Shown in pieces: positions 39,549 to 41,884 of a stretch of DNA of 41,884 nucleotides (position 1 is the stretch's first letter; each line of letters opens with the position of its first letter). Source of the stretch: Spirochaetales bacterium (GTDB taxonomy: Bacteria; Spirochaetota; Spirochaetia; JABEVK01). The stretch covers positions 1 through 41,884 of the forward strand of contig JBAXAI010000033.1 in assembly GCA_037142615.1 (NCBI GenBank). Reading direction: 5' to 3'. The notes beneath the pieces were generated by a model. That model had not been told where the DNA came from, did not search any database, and saw only the letters and a list, made by a program, of their open reading frames with translations. The translations under genes and the position numbers were made by a program.

Positions 39549-40148
39549 ATGGCTTTCATGCGAAGCGATGCCAACGCGCCACGAAACTGGACGTGTCCAA
39601 ATTGCAACAAGAGCTCAGGGGATGGCCACTATGGACAGCCAAGAGTGTGTGAGAAATGCGGCAAAGTCATGTGCGACTCCTGTGCGCCAAAGAATTTTCA
39701 GCACAATTGTGATACGGGTTCCTCGGGAAATTCCAACTCATCCGGAGGATCCACCAAGACTATCCATTCTGGACCAAGTACCGGTTCGGTGATTGCTAAG
39801 GGGATGTTTGACATTGCGTCTGCACAACTCAAAGGTCAGGCCGACTTCCTCAAAGGCATGGTCGACTCCTCCAAGGAAAAAACCAAGGCCAACAAGGATG
39901 AACTTGTCGGAGTAAGTGCAACACAGTTGTCCTCGGACTTGGATGAGCTGCAAGGACAACTCAACGAACTGGTAACTCGGGCAACCACCCTAAAGGTCGG
40001 TTTCCTAGCAAGCGCGCAAGACAAATCGATGAAAAAGGCCATATGCGAAAAGCTTGAGTTTGGAATCATGAAGTTGGGTAGCGCAGGCAAGGCTGCTGAG
40101 GCAACGTACTTCCAGTCCAAGCTGGATGCGCTCGTCGCCAAGAAATAG
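39549..40148 (+). CDS. Hypothetical protein with N-terminal Cys-rich zinc finger and helical C-terminus
   Basis: CPNC...CEKCGKVMCDSC...HNC, Ser/Gly linker; GAGGAG RBS; AT-richer codons. Confidence 0.7.
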   Translation: MAFMRSDANAPRNWTCPNCNKSSGDGHYGQPRVCEKCGKVMCDSCAPKNFQHNCDTGSSGNSNSSGGSTKTIHSGPSTGSVIAKGMFDIASAQLKGQADFLKGMVDSSKEKTKANKDELVGVSATQLSSDLDELQGQLNELVTRATTLKVGFLASAQDKSMKKAICEKLEFGIMKLGSAGKAAEATYFQSKLDALVAKK

Positions 40149-40398
40149 CGTCAGAGATTTGGAGGGCCGGGCTGTCGCCATGATCCCAGCGGGGGACAGA
40201 CCTAGAAAGAACTCTGCGGCAGGGCGCGGAGGGCGCGACGACGCGCCCTCCGCGCTTACGCCTGGAGAATCACATGGCGATTTTCTCGGGCCTGAGCCGC
40301 CGCAGGTGGCGTGGCCAAGCTCTCTTGAGCCAGCAAAAGACGCAAGCCTGGGAGACGCCCATCTTGCTAGCAATGCCCTCAGTGGTTACAATGGCAGC

Positions 40399-40632
40399 AT
40401 GGCAAATACCCTTACAGTCCGGAACCTGCAGGACTCGCTCAAGCAGAAACTCCGCGTTCGTGCTGCGCTCCATGGGAGGTCGATGGAGGCCGAAGTGCGC
40501 GAGATTCTCGCTCAAACCTTGGCCGACGACTCGGTGCCTGCCCCTCTGGCAGGTCGGTTTGCCCACCTTGTTGGCGTTTGGAAAGGTCGCCTGACCACCG
40601 AACAAGTCCTCAATTTGACTCGGGGCGAGTGA
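40399..40632 (+). CDS. FitA-like ribbon-helix-helix antitoxin
   Basis: MANTLTVRNL.DSLK.KLRVRAA.HGRSMEAEVREIL; leaderless promoter TTGCTA-17 nt-TACAAT. Confidence 0.9.
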   Translation: MANTLTVRNLQDSLKQKLRVRAALHGRSMEAEVREILAQTLADDSVPAPLAGRFAHLVGVWKGRLTTEQVLNLTRGE

Positions 40633-41043
40633 ATGTCTGGGATCTTGGTCGATACAAACATTGTCCTCGACATCGTTACCGCCGACTCGAACTGGCTAGC
40701 GTGGTCCCTGAGCGCTCTGGAATCCAGCGAGAGTCCGTTCATCAATCCCATTATCTACTCGGAGTTGTGCACAAACGCGACTTCAACCGGTGAACTCGAC
40801 GCCCTGCTCGCGAACTTTGGAATCCAACTGCGCGAGATCCCCAGGCAGGGGCTGTTCCTGGCGGCCAAAGCGCATCAAATCTATCGAAGTCGTGGAGGTA
40901 CCCGGACGACGGGGCTTCCTGATTTCTTCATCGGTGCTCACGCCCAAGCTCTGGGCGTCAACATTCTGACCCGTGACCCCGGGCGTTTCACGACGTACTT
41001 CCCCAGTGTCGCGCTTGTGGTGCCACCCCTGGCAAACTGGTAG
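40633..41043 (+). CDS. vapC: VapC/PIN-domain toxin
   Basis: ILVDTNIVLD, IIYSEL, LPDFFIGAHA, ILTRD; directly follows the antitoxin. Confidence 0.9.
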   Translation: MSGILVDTNIVLDIVTADSNWLAWSLSALESSESPFINPIIYSELCTNATSTGELDALLANFGIQLREIPRQGLFLAAKAHQIYRSRGGTRTTGLPDFFIGAHAQALGVNILTRDPGRFTTYFPSVALVVPPLANW

Positions 41044-41049
41044 GAACTG

Positions 41050-41470
41050 TGACCCCGGCGCAGGCCGTGGTTTTCGACCAACCGGGGCCGACTGTTGCCC
41101 AGCGGCCCATTCGATGAACGCCTGGAGCTTGATCGAAGGGCTGCAAAGTCACTCCGGTGGGGCCCGCTACAGCACGGTGTTCGAGATGCCTGGCTCTGCG
41201 GAAGGGACTCCGGTGGGGCCGGTGACCCTCGATCTGGGGCGGGTGGTTTCCAGCGCCGAAGTCACGCTCAACGGCACCCCGCTGGGCGTGCGTGTCGCCC
41301 CTCCGTGGACCTTCGATCTGAGCCCCGCATTGCGTCCGGGCCTCAACTCCCTCGAGGTGCTCGTGTACAACACCCTGGCCAACCACTACACGACAATCCC
41401 CACCCGTTACCGGGGGAGCCTCGAGTCGGGGCTAATTGGTCCGGTCATGCTGCTGGCCGCACACCATTGA
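41050..41470 (+). pseudogene. 5'-truncated glycoside hydrolase remnant (C-terminal jelly-roll domain of GH106/GH2-like enzymes)
   Basis: WS..EGL..HSGGARY...F, LDLGRV..SAEV.LNG, APPW.FDL...LRPG.N.LEV.V.NTLANHY, SGLIGPV.L; no catalytic domain upstream, where vapC sits instead. Confidence 0.6.
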
Positions 41471-41551
41471 CTTTCGGAGTCCCTCTGAGAAGTTTGCAGT
41501 CGTTGCCCCAGCGTGCCGCGCGTATGCTGATAAGCACTCAAGGAGTCGCCC

Positions 41552-41884
41552 GTGAAACAAAACCTCCAATCTCCCGCCTGGCTCGGCCATTCCTGGGGAA
41601 AAGACGCGCATCCTCTTGGCGGGTACCCGGTGGCGTTCCGACACGACGTTCACCTCGACCGGGTGCCAGCGAAGGCCGTTGTCCGGGTGACGGCCTCGCC
41701 CCATTACGTGCTGTGGGTCAACGGCGTTTTCGTTACCGACGGTCCGGCCCGCTGTTATCCGCAACGTCAGTTGTGCGACGAGCTAGACCTCGCGCCCTAC
41801 CTGCGGACGGGCAACAACGCGGTCGCTATGCTGGTCACCGATGCCGCGTGGAAGGTGCGTTTTGCCGACTGGTACACACGCACC
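41552..41884 (+). CDS. Alpha-L-rhamnosidase (GH78-like) N-terminal region, partial
   Basis: Translated by hand from GTG 41552 after AAGGAG: ...FRHDVHLDRVPAKAVVRVTASPHYVLWVNGVFVTDGPAR...DLAPYLRTGNNAVAMLV; open to the window end. Confidence 0.75.
   Translation, partial: MKQNLQSPAWLGHSWGKDAHPLGGYPVAFRHDVHLDRVPAKAVVRVTASPHYVLWVNGVFVTDGPARCYPQRQLCDELDLAPYLRTGNNAVAMLVTDAAWKVRFADWYTRT

Noticed and set aside
38619-41043. Integron cassette array or prophage remnant
   Set aside because: Genes are co-oriented, but I found no attC-like RYYYAAC/GTTRRRY pairs, integrase or phage genes.

Overview
GC-rich bacterial chromosomal window, probably from a free-living spirochaete (inferred from the spirochaete-style lipobox and BspA-LRR lipoprotein, the TrpG-TrpD fusion and Rpn; not proven). 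In order it holds: trpE-trpGD; a class III nucleotide-cyclase-like protein; a CBM9-like protein; an Rpn nuclease with an internal RpnS-type start; tRNA-Leu(CAA) followed by a 61-bp double-hairpin tandem repeat; pcp; a PilZ protein; an imuA-imuB-dnaE2 mutagenesis cassette whose leaderless promoter is covered by a perfect 13-bp-arm palindrome; and an orphan SBP. Next is a hexuronide-use locus (HAD + phosphorylase-type GH3, a MITE-like element, AraC, GPH transporter, GH2 beta-glucuronidase, LarA-family epimerase, KdgK), then TetR + a 1446-aa PlsA/PlsR(Ger)-like ether-lipid synthase candidate, an LRR lipoprotein, UPF0303, ALDH, a RetSat/CrtI-like oxidoreductase fused to an FNR module + MarR, and a wHTH regulator coupled to archaeal-type PEP carboxylase. 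The window ends with a lower-GC accessory stretch (poly-G promoter gene, Zn-finger orphan, FitA/VapC toxin-antitoxin pair), a glycosidase remnant and the start of a rhamnosidase-like gene. All calls come from motif reading by eye; no database searches were run.
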